From Antedon mediterranea (Eukaryota; Animalia; Echinodermata), in the NCBI RefSeq assembly GCF_964355755.1, contig NC_092674.1, positions 21,390,001 through 21,454,000 on the forward strand: a DNA stretch of 64,000 nucleotides, in the 5' to 3' direction. The notes beneath the pieces were generated by a model. That model did no database searches. It was not told the DNA's origin and saw nothing but the letters and a program-made list of their open reading frames with translations. The position numbers and the translations under genes were made by a program. This document shows, in pieces, positions 24,521-36,835 of this stretch; position 1 is the first letter of the stretch; the number at the start of each line of letters is the position of its first letter.

Positions 24521-25336
24521 ATGAGTTGGTCGAATTATGTTAAAAAACTAATTGGAACAGGTAATGTTAAAAAAGGAGCAATTTTTGGATTGGATGGAAG
24601 CACTTGGGCTGCATCTAAGAAATTCAAGGTAAGTCGTAACCTAGCCTTGGACAGTTTACACCAACCTCTTGTGGTAGACCTACCGATGCTTATGCAATTG
24701 TATAAGATAAGCTTTGTCAATAACTGCAAGTTTAAAAAAAATCTAATTCCTTATAGGTAAATAAAAATGAAGTCCTCGCCCTGGTACAAGCGTTTGTCAA
24801 CCCTGCAGGTTTGCACTCAACTGGAGTGAAAATAGCTGGTGATAAATACACATTTTTAAGATCAGATGGAGAAATGATCTACGCTAAGAAAGGTGGAGAT
24901 GTGGGATGTTGTGTGGCAAAAACTAAGCAAAGTAAGTCACATGGGTACAAAGACATGGATTAATGATTCAATTTTCATAAGATACATCATTATGATTAAT
25001 AATTAGACTAAGAGGTTTTTATAGAATGCACTTCTGCTGGAGAAATTTAAATAAGCCGGCCCAGAGGGTTTCACGGCTAGTTCAACCCGCTTCCCTCTCT
25101 GTCGCCACTTGGAGCGATCGCGCAGGTGTTGAGCACACACACTAAAAACTGATATAAACAAAACTGTGTTATTAGCATTAGCGCTTAATCCCTCCCCACT
25201 ACGAAATCATTACACTGATACTATTCTTCATTATCCTTTGTTGTCACTTTAGCTATCATTGTTGGCGTGTATACCTGGACAATGCAATTCAACTGTTGGA
25301 AAACTTCAAGATTTTCTTAAATCTTCCGGATATTAA
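24521..25336 (+). pseudogene. PFN: Profilin gene (3 exons) with a frameshifting deletion in exon 3
   Basis: Exons 24521-24628 (MSWSNYVKKLIGTGNVKKGAIFGLDGSTWAASKKFK), 24757-24931 (..GVKIAGDKYTFLRSDGEMIYAKKG..CVAKTKQ) and 25253-25336, with GT-AG introns. After TIIVGVY, the conserved C-terminus PGQCNSTVGKLQDFLKSSGY* is in a different frame. Confidence 0.8.
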
Positions 25337-26116
25337 AGTTCACATACAAAGTTTAACAAGACACTGATATCTAGCAGGCATTAGTATTAATAATAGTTTA
25401 TTTTCTAATAAAAACCAGAGAAATGAAGACACAAGTAAAATATGTGTATGTGATCTTTTTTTCCTTTCAGGCTATCATTTAAGTATGGTACAAGAAAGGA
25501 TTATAGGTTAGTTTAAAACCTTCTCAGTACAATTTCGGTCATTTTTTATACCCCATGTATGTGGTTGGTACACATGGGATATCATAAATTTGTATAAGGA
25601 ACAAATACAAACGCTAGCCTAACAGTACATAACACTTTGCATTGTTATAACATTTTTATGCCATACCATTTAGTTTTTACTTAACATCATGTTGTAAATA
25701 AGCCACATATATTATACAGGTGAAATAGAAAAAACGGACATGGCCAGCCCAGTTATGGAAAATAACTGGAATTGTACATTACATTACTGGCTTGCCGCGC
25801 CTATCTATAAATTATTAAACTACAGTCAATAGTTCGACACTCAATAATTCTTAGTTTCCGATCATAAGAGATCGATCATGAAAGCGATCATGAAATGTAT
25901 TTCATGGTATACAGTAAAAAAATGTTAAGCTGTACAAAGACTGAGATCGTAAATCATATGCCACACCACTAACATTAAAACAAAAACGCTATGTTGTTGC
26001 ATAGTGAGAGAATCATACATACTCTCCAATACCAAATCTGGCTTTAATAACCTTTCTTATTATGTACATGCATACATGCGCAGGTGAAGGCAATCTAGTA
26101 TTTTGTTCTCAATAGT

Positions 26117-29100
26117 TCATGTACTATCAGCCTTTTCATAATGTCTGTATTCGTGTTTAAGTTCCCACATATATTTGTGTGGTGCTTTCAGATTATAAAT
26201 AGCAACTTCTTTCAGAATCTCCTTCAGATACGTCTGTGAAAAAAGAACATATTATTTATATATCAAATGAATTAAAATGCAGACAGAAATAATTTATATA
26301 TCTACCAATATTTCGAGTGATCTCCATTCTCCAGCTAAAAGTGCTTTGCTTTTTTTTTTGGTATACAAAAAACATCCAGTGCATAGATTGCCATATTTAA
26401 AAGTGTGGTTCCCACTAGAGACCAGGACATACACGCAACGCAGGCGAGTTGATCAATGACCAGCCACTCTTCAAATATGATTGGTCAAATCACTTACGTT
26501 ACGTTACGTCCTTGAGTTGCAAATGAATACTAGATCTCATTAATTTACTGTTTATCAAATGCATTTCCACAATACACATCGGCACAATATATGTCATGTT
26601 GGAAAACGCTTGGTATACCATTATTTAAATAGATGCAGATGCCTAAGATTGTTTAAATAGAGGTCTCTATGTTTGGATGTACAGTATTTAAAAAAAACTA
26701 TAGCAGTGTTATTTAACGACAGTGTTATTTAATGGCAGCAATATTTTATGGCAGTTTTATGGTAGTGTTATTTGATGGTAGTATTATTTGATGATTGTGT
26801 TATATGATGGTAGTGTTATTTGATGGTAGTGTTATTTGATGGTAGTATTATTTGAAGGCTGTGTTATTTGATGGTAGTGTTATTTAATGGTAGTGTTATT
26901 TAAAGGGGGATTCTGGGTTTAAAATTGCTTTTAAATATCGTTTATTTATTAAATAAAAAATATTATAACAATATAGACATGTCAGAATGAAGAAGTAATA
27001 ACGAGAAATTAAAAAAATTAAATTTCATATACATTTTAGGGTAAATTCATAGAAAGTCTGTTTTTCAGCAGCTTAGGGAAGCTCATTAATATTCATGAGA
27101 TATTCACAAAATCACGTCATCAGTGGATTCCAACTCGCGACGTCAAGCTTGTACGTTGTGTTCTCTCTCCTCTGTCAAACGACGACCACCCGATCATTGT
27201 GAAATACATTTTTTGTAGATTTGCTAAGCTAGGCCTAAAGTGTAATAATAACAGTAGTAGCATATATTTATTTGACATTTAATGAAATACAAAATTTAGT
27301 ACACAGATTACGGAGTCATAAATTATACTATTTTTATACCTCGAAGTAATAGTACAGATCGTATATCGGCTTCACGTACTAGGCTAGGCCTAGCCTAAAT
27401 CATTTTATTCATGCCGGGGTGAGAGCCATTTCTGACTAGGGATTCCATGCCACGATGGCTACGTTAAAACATTGGGTTGGGGCCATCATTCATGGGCCTA
27501 GCTAGCCTATTACTAAACGATTGGCCCATAAATAACAAAACTCAGTGGATTCCAAACCCATCCTATCAACCAAACTCCTAAACAATCTAAACCTAAAACG
27601 TTCTACAAAAATATTGAGGCAAAACAAGATCCGATCGCCGTCCGCACGTATATGGTGTCACGATCGTCTAATAAGTAGGCCTAGTTTACTCTCCAAAAAA
27701 GCGCATACTGCATCAAGCAAGTAGACCGGTAGTAGGAAGGAGACCTAGCCTAGCCTAGCCGATCCGGCCCAGTTAAAAATTGAGCTAGCTAGTGTAGTAG
27801 ACCCTATGCGAATTGATACTACCAGGCCTTTTACTATAGGCTACACTTGTTAAAATTAGCAATACTGTACTTATGTTTACAAATATTCCAACTCTCTCAT
27901 TCGAGCTATATTATCTATACCATTCCGGTAGGTTGAGTCGACCTTCAATCAAATACTATACTGTACATCGTTCATGTTGTGATTATAGACGGGGTATACT
28001 CGACCCGACCAGTTTGGTATTGTATACTGTATCTGCTTATCACGTGACGATGCCAGGCATGGGCCGGGCAGAGAGAGCACGTGTATCGTCGTCTCGTTCT
28101 CCTCGCTCAGCAGGAATGTATACGTTACGCTTCATTGATTTTGAAGGCTTTCCCTAAGTCAGTGCAAAAATCGGCAAACGTAAAGTGCAAACTTATCTAA
28201 TTTTTCACTGTTTTGATGGATTTTCATAGAAAATTGACTTTATAAATGGGAAGACCGACTAAAATTACATCAGATAAGTATAATTTTACAAAAGTAATTG
28301 ATATGGTTAATGATAACGAGTCGTCGGAAGATTGACCATTTCACGAATTTCCTATTCTGTAACCACAGTGTGATTTTGCCGTAGCTGCACTTGTAATCTG
28401 GCCTCATTTCACAGCCTTCGTTCTGCTTCACTGGGCGCTTATATAAATTGAAACTTTTACCGTTCAAGAGACAAACAAATATATTTTACATTTTTAGTCG
28501 CGTGGAAGCGACTCTATAGTTCACTAAGTCGGTCGGTCGGTCTGTCTGTCTGTCTGTCGGTCCGGTATCACTATGCGTTTTATCGCTTTATGACCTTATC
28601 TTGATATCAGTTTAATCTAGCTAAGTAAATTTTTCACAGAATATTCCTTATGGCCAGGAATCGATGTGGTTATGTTTTCACGGTGCGCAATAAAAAATTA
28701 CGCGGTCTACGCACGATTTAACGAAATCACGTTTGTAATCATATCTTAACAACCATGAATCACAATTAAATAAAATTTGGTACTCATAAATTTCAGGGCA
28801 TAAATCATCATATGGCAATACAATTACGTGCGTAGCGCATGTAACGCATGCGTACGCGCGCTTAAAATTTTCAAAATTTATTTTCGATGAAATAAGAGTA
28901 CGTTTCAGGCAATTTTAAGCGTTTACAAAATTGCCATGAGTGCGCAGATTTTTGCGCGCGCACTGCGCGTTAAATGTTATTGCGCACACTTTTTGCCCGA
29001 TTTCTGTTTTCTTGAAATATTTTTCAACTCGAAATTACGTTATACGAGCACGTCAAATGTGACAGGCTACGCACGTGTAAATTAAAAAAATATAAATGTT

Positions 29101-32100
29101 TTTAAACATTTCAACATTTTTAAACATGTTCAGTAATTTCGGTCAGTATAGTTCACTATGTCGGTCGGTCCGTCTGTCTGTCGGTCTGTCTGTCTGTCTG
29201 TCGGTCCGGTATCACTATGCATTGTAGCACGCGACTTAATGGCTGTTGGCCTTGTTTACTATTCATTTTAAACCCGGAACCCCCCTTTAATGGTAGTGTT
29301 ATTTGATGGCATTGTTACTCAAAACCAGTGTTACTTGATGACAGTATTTAATGGTAGTATTATTTGATGTCAGTGTTATTTGATGGTAGTATTATTCGAT
29401 GACAGTGTTACTCAGTGGCAGTGTTATTTGATGGCAGCAATAAATCATGTCAGTTTGATGGCAGTGTTATTTGATGGTAGTATCATTTAATGGCACTGTT
29501 ACGTAATTGCAGTATTTTAAATTAAAAATAAAATAATAAATGTGATATACAGTACTTACAACAGGCTGATTAGTCAGCTTGACTAAATCTTTTAGTTGGT
29601 AATACTGATGTTTTTCAAATGCTTGATACAGTTTTTCTAAAACATAATCTTTATCAGCTCTGGATCTCTTTCCTTGTTCTTTTTTGCGAGCTTCATATTC
29701 TTTCTAAGAAAAAAAAAAAATGAATCTGTATTAGGAAAGTGGAGGTGTAGTGTAGTGGTTACCTTTCTTGCCCTCCAAACTCAAGGTCCAGGGTTCAATT
29801 CTGACCTACAGTAATACCAGGGTTGTAACTCCACTAAGCCTCAAGACTTTGTTAAAAATAGTTTATCCAGGGAGTTGTAAAATAATTTATTTTACAACTC
29901 CCTGGTTTATCCATCCTGTAATTGGCGAGTTACTCACTGTTGGATGCGTACGAAAAAAAAATTGTTCAAAAGAAAAAACAAACATCAGTCATGACATTAA
30001 CTTTAATAATAAAAGGTAGAGATGTTGTTGTTGTATATTTTCATGATTGAGGATGAATAAAGAATATTTGAATTTGAATTTGAGATGAGTCCCATGTTCA
30101 TTCTTAATAAAAAATAATGAGCTGTGAGGAGCTCATTGCACTAGCCTCAGCATAATATGGTAGGGTTGCCAGTCCTTTCCACGCCACATTTTCCTCCCTA
30201 GTATTTTTAACCAAGTACTTATTTACAGCTTAGTGGACAGGGAATTACAGTAGTACTTTGGAACAACCCTGTTCAGGGGATATCCCTACTAATGAGACAC
30301 TTGTTTGTGGAACGAATGAGAGAAATAATATGACTAACCACTGTTCAGGGGGCAACACTTATTAGGGGACAATGGTTTGGACCCTGAATGTGTCCCATAG
30401 GGGTTGTATTGCAGTTGTTGCAATTTACATTTTGATATATAGATTTCACCTTGTTAACTTACATTACTTGCATGGTCCGACACTGGTTTGTATCTATTCC
30501 CCACTCTAGTAACCTGAACCACTGTTCGACCAGGCTTAGAAGCATTTTGCATTTGTTGTCTAAAAGAAAAAGTACCAATTTAAGTTGTGATCTATCTGTT
30601 AACACCAATAAAAGTAGATAACATGTAATCTTGATAGAGGAGAGTAAACTTTACAACATCTGATCCACCATGTAGTGCCTCAAATTTTTTCACCTCAGCT
30701 CCAACCTAACCCAGCATCCAGGTAAATTACTGCCCATCTACCGTCTGACCCATCAGGTCTTTGCCATCCGTTTGACACCACTTATTAAGAAACCCTCATC
30801 AGACCCAGAAATATTGAAGAATTACCGTCCAATCTCCAATCTATCTTTCATCTCAAAATTACTTGAGAGATGTGTTGCCGCTCAGTTAACTAAACATCTT
30901 GTAACAAATGACCTGCACGGCAAGAGGCAATCAGCCTATCGTAAACACCATTCTACTCTGAAACTCTCTGATTCGTGTCGCTAATGATTTACTTTGCGCT
31001 GTTGATGTACACAGTGAAGCAGTACTAGTGTTACTTGACCTAACTGCAGCATTTGACACCATAAACCACAAAATACTACTGAAGAGACTATCAAATAAGT
31101 ATGGAGTCGATGGCACAGTTCTCAAGTGGTTTCAATCATACATGCTCAACCGCACTCAATCCGTTGCTAATAAAGAGTCAACACCGAATCCGTCTCCGTT
31201 ATTGGATGGTGTTCCACAGGGGTCTGTACTGGGCCCTCTGTGTTTCACGCTTTATATATCACCCTTAGAAGATATTGTTAGTTCTTATGATGGAGTTGAT
31301 CTGATGGTGTATGCGGATGATACACAACTGTATATGTTTAATCCTTTGCAAATAGATAGTGCTACTTCACAACTTGAATCTTGCATCTATGAAGTCAAGA
31401 AATGGATGGTACAGTATACAATGAATGTTTATGAGTGCAATGGTACAAATAATGGCACGAGATGAATGATGAAAGGTTATATCAACGAGGCAAAGCTGAA
31501 ATCTGCTAAAAAGCTCATTCACGCGTTTGTCAGCTCGCGTCTTGACTGTTGTAACAGTCTTTTATGTGGCTTACCGGACTATGAGATTGCAAAACTCCAG
31601 CTAGTTCAAAACACTGCTGCAAGGATGATCACTTTGACTAAAAAGCGGCACAGTATTACACCGGTGTTGAAAGAGCTTCACTGGCTGCCAGTGTGTAAGA
31701 CAGACAATAACGTTTAAAATCTCGCTGATCACTTACAAAGCGTTACATGGGCTTGCCCCTGATTATATTCGCGAGCTCATATCTGAATACATCCCGTCGC
31801 GCTCTTTAAGGTCTGGTGATCAATTTCTTCTAACATTACCAAAATCATCCACTGCTTATGGTAGAAGGTCTTTTGCAGCAATAGCACCTTCTTTATGGAA
31901 TAAACTTCCACACTTTGTGAAACTTACTCATTCAGTCAGTATTTTTAAATCACGACTGAAAGCCCATCTGTTCTCATCTGGTATTAACTAACTTATTCAT
32001 TCATTCATTCCTTCCCCGAAACCTTTACTCAGAAATACCGGGATGGTGTCCGGCAGGGGATAGTTTAACCCTAGTTAAGTTAGTGCATGCTTCATTTACT

Positions 32101-34707
32101 CTCTATTCTTAATTCTGGCCCCGAAACCTTGACTCAGAAATACCGGGATGGTGTCCGGCAGGGGATAGTTTAACCCTAGTTAAAGCCCCATTCCCTACGT
32201 TTTTTAGATCTAATTTAAGATCACAAACTATATTTAATGTAAAAATAATACTATATGGTCCTATTGCGATAACTTTTTTCGTCTTTAAACGGTTAAAAAT
32301 GTGAAAAATAAATCGATTCTAATAATTATAGCGGCTCGCTATAAATCCCAAAATGCATTGCGCGCGGATTGATATTTTTGTTTTTCACCTGTAATTCGCC
32401 CACTTTTCGAACGATCGTGAAGCCAAAACAAATGGAAGACTCCTAACTTTTCAGCGAAAATACCGGGTTTTCCCCAATTTGTATCAACGGAGTCTGGCAA
32501 AAATAGAAAGACAATTAATGCAGCAACTATACAACGTCAGGCTAGGTATATAGCTAGCGTACGATGTTCGTACGTTATCGATGTTTACCAGCTAGGCCTA
32601 CAAAACTAAGCCTAGCTAGGCTAGGCCTAAGACCGTCCACGAGAGGTCGATCGCCGCGAGCTACTTAGGTAGTGCATTGTTTCTCACTTTTTATCATAAT
32701 TTACCATAAAACGTATATTTAAGACAAGGAATGACATGGTTTAATGTTTTTAAAGTGATATATATGTATTATTTTCCAAAAAACGTCCAAAATTGCAGGG
32801 AAGGGGTCTTTAAGTTAGTGCATGCTTTATTTACTCTTTATTCTTAATTCTGGCCCCGAAACCTTGACTCAGAAATATCGGGATGGTGTCCGGCGGGGGA
32901 TAGTTCATTACCATTAGTTAGGGTCTAATGTAAAGCACCTAGAGGGGTCAGTGATTCATTAGGCGCTATATAAATATTGTTTATTATTATTATTATCCCA
33001 TGGCTTAATTTCTTACAATGGAAACATCTGCATATTTACTTTTTAAGTCGCATATAACCTTCTGTTACAACTGGTCTGCACTCTCCCTTTTGAACAACTT
33101 TTCCTTCTATTGCCACTTTCCCTATAAAAAGAGGTGCATGTTAAATAGAATCATTTCCTTTAAGTTTACAACTTTTAAAATATTGAATAGCATTGTTTGT
33201 CATCGATCAAAGATGTCTTCAGTTTCGTTAAAAAAGGCCTATTGCAAGATTGATACACTTTACATAGGTTCTTATTCCTACTGAAGATGACCAATTTAAG
33301 TCTCATCTAGTAAATGAAATTTGTATTTTATAGGTAGGATTTGCCTAAAATTAGCTAGGCATATTCACAATCAGGATATACTGTGTAAGAGTTTTTGTTG
33401 AAAAACCCTACAAAACACCCTCAAGGGTTTGTCACACCTTTTCCGTTCGGCCAATTGAACGCTCCACATGGCTATGCGCCAATCGATATGCGCATAGCCG
33501 GGTGAACATAAAACATTGACATTCGATTGGATTTGCCAGCGCTGGACCGGAACCGTGCCAGTACAGGTTTAAAAGACTCTTTACTCCGGGATTGTATTGT
33601 AGCAGCTCCTTCTTTAGCATACTCGTCAGTCATCACAACTAACTCACTCAATCTCCCTCAATCCGATCCACTGTATAATTTTGTATTAATTTATTTTTTT
33701 TATTATTACCACTTGAAGTTGCCTCTGAGAAAACATTCAGCATTTGTTGTCCTGTACTGGACAATTGAAAGTTATGGTCAACTGGGGCATCTAAATCCCC
33801 TGGACTTTTCTTCTTCTTGGCAAGATCAGCATCTAATGCAAATGATACTGCAGCTTTACCCATTTTCCTGATAAATAAATGAATATAAATAGTCATCATG
33901 TGAAAACGCACCTGTAGGTACTGTCTGTACTGTAGTGACAGTGTACTTAATACTACTTTGTACTAACTACAAATAAAGTTTCTTTATTACTTTCCAATTC
34001 GAAGTTTTCCAACAATTCCACTTTCTCCTACTTTTTCCCATTGTTCAGATAAATATTTTGGTACCTAAATTATAGTTAAAAAAAAAAATAGTGTTGCAAA
34101 TTACTGTGTTAGTGTTACAATTACTGTACTATTAAACCACGGAGTATGTAATTAATAATTTACTAATTGATACCTCCATGCTACAGGACAGGTACCTGAC
34201 CTAACTAATACTAAATAAATAGGATAGATAGTAGGGAGGCGAGCTCTCTAGATGTATATACTTATTTATAGGCCTAGAGTTCATTTAATTATTAATATTA
34301 ATTAAGAAGAGTTTTCATATCAGAAATGGTATGCGACTGAACAAAACAGAATATCAATAAGGCCTAGGTTAATTAAATACCAGTTTATTCAATTTACAAA
34401 ATAATATACAGTAGCCTACAATAATATTTCCTCTCTTCCTCTACCTATTTTAGGCCTCCTAGGCTAGTATTACGCTCTCCTTCTATTCATCCATGCCACG
34501 GACGGGTGCTGGTCTTCTCTCTTTAGAGTGACGGGGTAGATGGCTAGACGCCTAGCTTAGCTAGCTATGAGATTACTAGTCTACTTACTTAGGAGTCATT
34601 ACTCATACATATGCCTGCACTCTAGTAGTATATGAAACCACACACACCTTTACTAACCAAACCCCTCGTTCGGCTCCACTCAAGTCCAATTCACCCTCAG
34701 AATTCAT
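26117..34707 (-). CDS. GTF2F2: General transcription factor IIF subunit 2 (RAP30)
   Basis: Seven phase-consistent GT-AG exons: 34707-34648 (MNSEGELDLSGAERGVWLVK), 34064-33991 (VPKYLSEQW), 33867-33710, 33121-33040 (EGKVVQKGECRP), 30559-30463, 29703-29560 (AFEKHQYYQLKDLVKLTNQPV) and 26233-26117 (YLKEILKE..WELKHEYRHY). Confidence 0.95.
26703..26903. repeat. ~16-bp minisatellite (GTAGTGTTATTTGATG), left part
   Basis: Tandem units that resume after the Kolobok-like insertion at 29287-29515. Confidence 0.85.
26904..29286. mobile_element. Kolobok-like non-autonomous DNA transposon with TTAA TSD, containing a nested HINE
   Basis: TTAA|AGGGGGATTCTGGGTTTAAAAT ... ATTTTAAACCCGGAACCCCCCT|TTAA, i.e. RR..YY termini with a TTAA duplication. 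It splits a minisatellite in a GTF2F2 intron. Confidence 0.75.
28491..29257 (+). mobile_element. HINE family 1, copy 2
   Basis: Reverse complement of 17488-18292. Confidence 0.8.
29287..29515. repeat. ~16-bp minisatellite, right part
   Basis: Same unit as 26703-26903. Confidence 0.8.
29741..29810 (+). mobile_element. tRNA-derived SINE head (degenerate)
   Basis: A box TAGTGTAGTGG and B box GGTTCAATTC at tRNA-like spacing, with no cloverleaf stems. Confidence 0.45.
30770..32996 (+). mobile_element. 5'-truncated L2-clade LINE in a GTF2F2 intron
   Basis: Fragments read KNYRPISNLSFISKLLE, LLDLTAAFDT, GVPQGSVLGP, YADDTQLY, SRLDCCNSLL and LHWLPV. The 3' end is GCGCTATATAAAT..(TAT)n. Confidence 0.9.
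32184..32809 (+). mobile_element. Kolobok-like MITE, copy 1 (TTAA TSD), inserted in the L2 3' UTR
   Basis: TTAA|AGCCCCATTCCCTAC...GCAGGGAAGGGGTCT|TTAA; an inverted copy lies at 37293-37924. Confidence 0.8.
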
Positions 34708-34971
34708 TGTTTTTGTACCTCTCTCTACCCCCCTTCTGCTTTGTGTGCGAAGTTAGCGAAAAATGTCTGCGGTTGTGTATGGAACGCCAAAAGGGAAAAA
34801 CATCGAGAAACGAGTACGCATGTACTGTAAACACTGTACCTTTATTTATTTCCAAATATTCTGAGAAAATTAAACAAAACAGATGAGCAAAAGGACAGGG
34901 GCACTGAAGTAAACTCATAACTACTAGGCCTACGAGTTAAGCCTTGATTTACTATCATAAATGTATGTTAC

Positions 34972-36056
34972 GGGTGTCACGAAACCTAAGACCACGAAAG
35001 CTCAGACCCCCTAAGACCTAAGACCACGAAAGCTAAGACCCAACACCTAAGATTACAAATACTAAGATATACTACAGCTTAAAAACAATACTTGTTTATC
35101 CATACATAATTTTAAACACAGTGGGTTTCATTTATTACCATAAATATAATTTAATACTACCGCAAAACATAGATAAACTCACATTATTTTTGCCCGTTGA
35201 GTAAATGTATATTTTTTCTTACAACAAACAAACTTGACAGGTTGTTTGTTGGTATATATTTACTCCATTGTGTTGGTTCAGAGGATGTTTTTCTTACGCA
35301 CCTGCCTTTCTTGTATTTTGACTCCAAATTTGTTGACTAACTTTATCCTGAACACCACACTTTAAAATTAGGACTTATAAGTACTTTCAGAAGGAGAAAC
35401 ACATAATAACAAATAAATAAATCCTTTAAATTGATGATTTTACAGATGTGTTTCTTTGTATACTGTAATACTAATGTAACCCCTCGAGCTCCCCATGCTC
35501 AATGTTTTTGTTTCTATGGAGCGCCAAAAGAGCAACAATAATAGTACAAGTATAAAAACAGAAAGAAAACGAAACAAAAAAACTTATCATGATTTTTAAA
35601 TTAAAATTTATTTGCCAGTATTTATTTCTTCGTACTTGCATGATTATACTATTATCATTACAATTTTAATTTTACATTGTTCCATCCACACTGTAGATGG
35701 ACTCCACAGAGTTTTCAGCCCTCTATATAATTTTTGATCTTTTGACGTTCCATAGAAACAAAAACATTGAACATGGCCCATGGGGTAGGCCTACTGTACT
35801 GTAGGCTAGTCATTTTGTGTGCGAGAAAAACGTCTGTAAAATCATCAATTTAAAAATGTATTTGTTACTTTTTATGTGATTCTTTTTCATGAAAGTGCCA
35901 ATTCTAAGGTGTGGTATTCAGAATAAATGTTGGGAGTTAAAATACAAGGCAGGTGCGAAAGATAAATATTTTTAATCTTAGGTGTTGGGTCTTAGCTTTC
36001 GTGATCTTAGGTCTTAGGGGGTCTGAGCTTTCGTGGTCTTAGGTTTCGTGACACCC
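34972..36056. mobile_element. Mutator-like (MULE) foldback element with a 10-bp TSD
   Basis: ~85-bp TIRs begin GGGTGTCACGAAACCTAAGACC. TGTATGTTAC is duplicated at 34962-34971 and 36057-36066. Further internal inverted homology lies at ~35295-35520 / ~35745-35960. Confidence 0.85.
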
Positions 36057-36835
36057 TGTATGTTACTAGCAGAAGTTCAATTGGCAACAGATTGACAAAC
36101 AAGCCTACTGCAACAATGGAAGATATAGAGTACACAAATGATGAATAATAACATACAGTATTAAGGTTAAAACCAATCAATAAATTAACTACACTACAAA
36201 ATAGTACTTAATGCCTTTTTTTTTTATTCAACAATAAAATACGAACAAATCAAAAATGTACAATTCTTTAAAAATACTTTTGTATTTTATAGGCAATAGA
36301 AACAATTAATAAAGAAATATTGAATTACCACAACATATATAATACTGGGGCTGTGGCATGAAGAAAGTGTCCCCTTAAGTCCCATAGGGGTTGTTCATAA
36401 TATGTTATAATATATATTATACTTCCCCTTGTCAGTATCACATGATATTGTCCCCTTATAGAGGTTCCCTAAAAAGGTGTCACAAAGGAGAGGCTTCTAT
36501 CTAAAGTTAATTTAATACTTGATGGCCTTCTTTTACACCAAAAAATAATAATCTACAGTTAGCTCTAATTGTCAATTTTATTTTTTTTTATGGCATGCCT
36601 CCATCCAATGTACTGCACTGTATTCCAACAGCATATTGAAATTAAATGAATCAGTATATTTGATAGCACACAAATGCTGATAACTGTGCTGTTTATGTTC
36701 GAATCTGCACAGTGAAAAATGTCTGCAAAGAACAAGCCAACTCCAACTCCTCCCCTCCCCACCCACCACAATCCCCTCCTGTATCAACATTAACAGCAGT
36801 GTAGTAGTAAGCATGAAAATCCACGCCAAATTAGA

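Noticed and set aside
32014-32170. Hammerhead or HDV ribozyme in the L2 3' repeats
   Set aside because: I found no CUGANGA..GAAA core on either strand and no HDV nested pseudoknot pattern.
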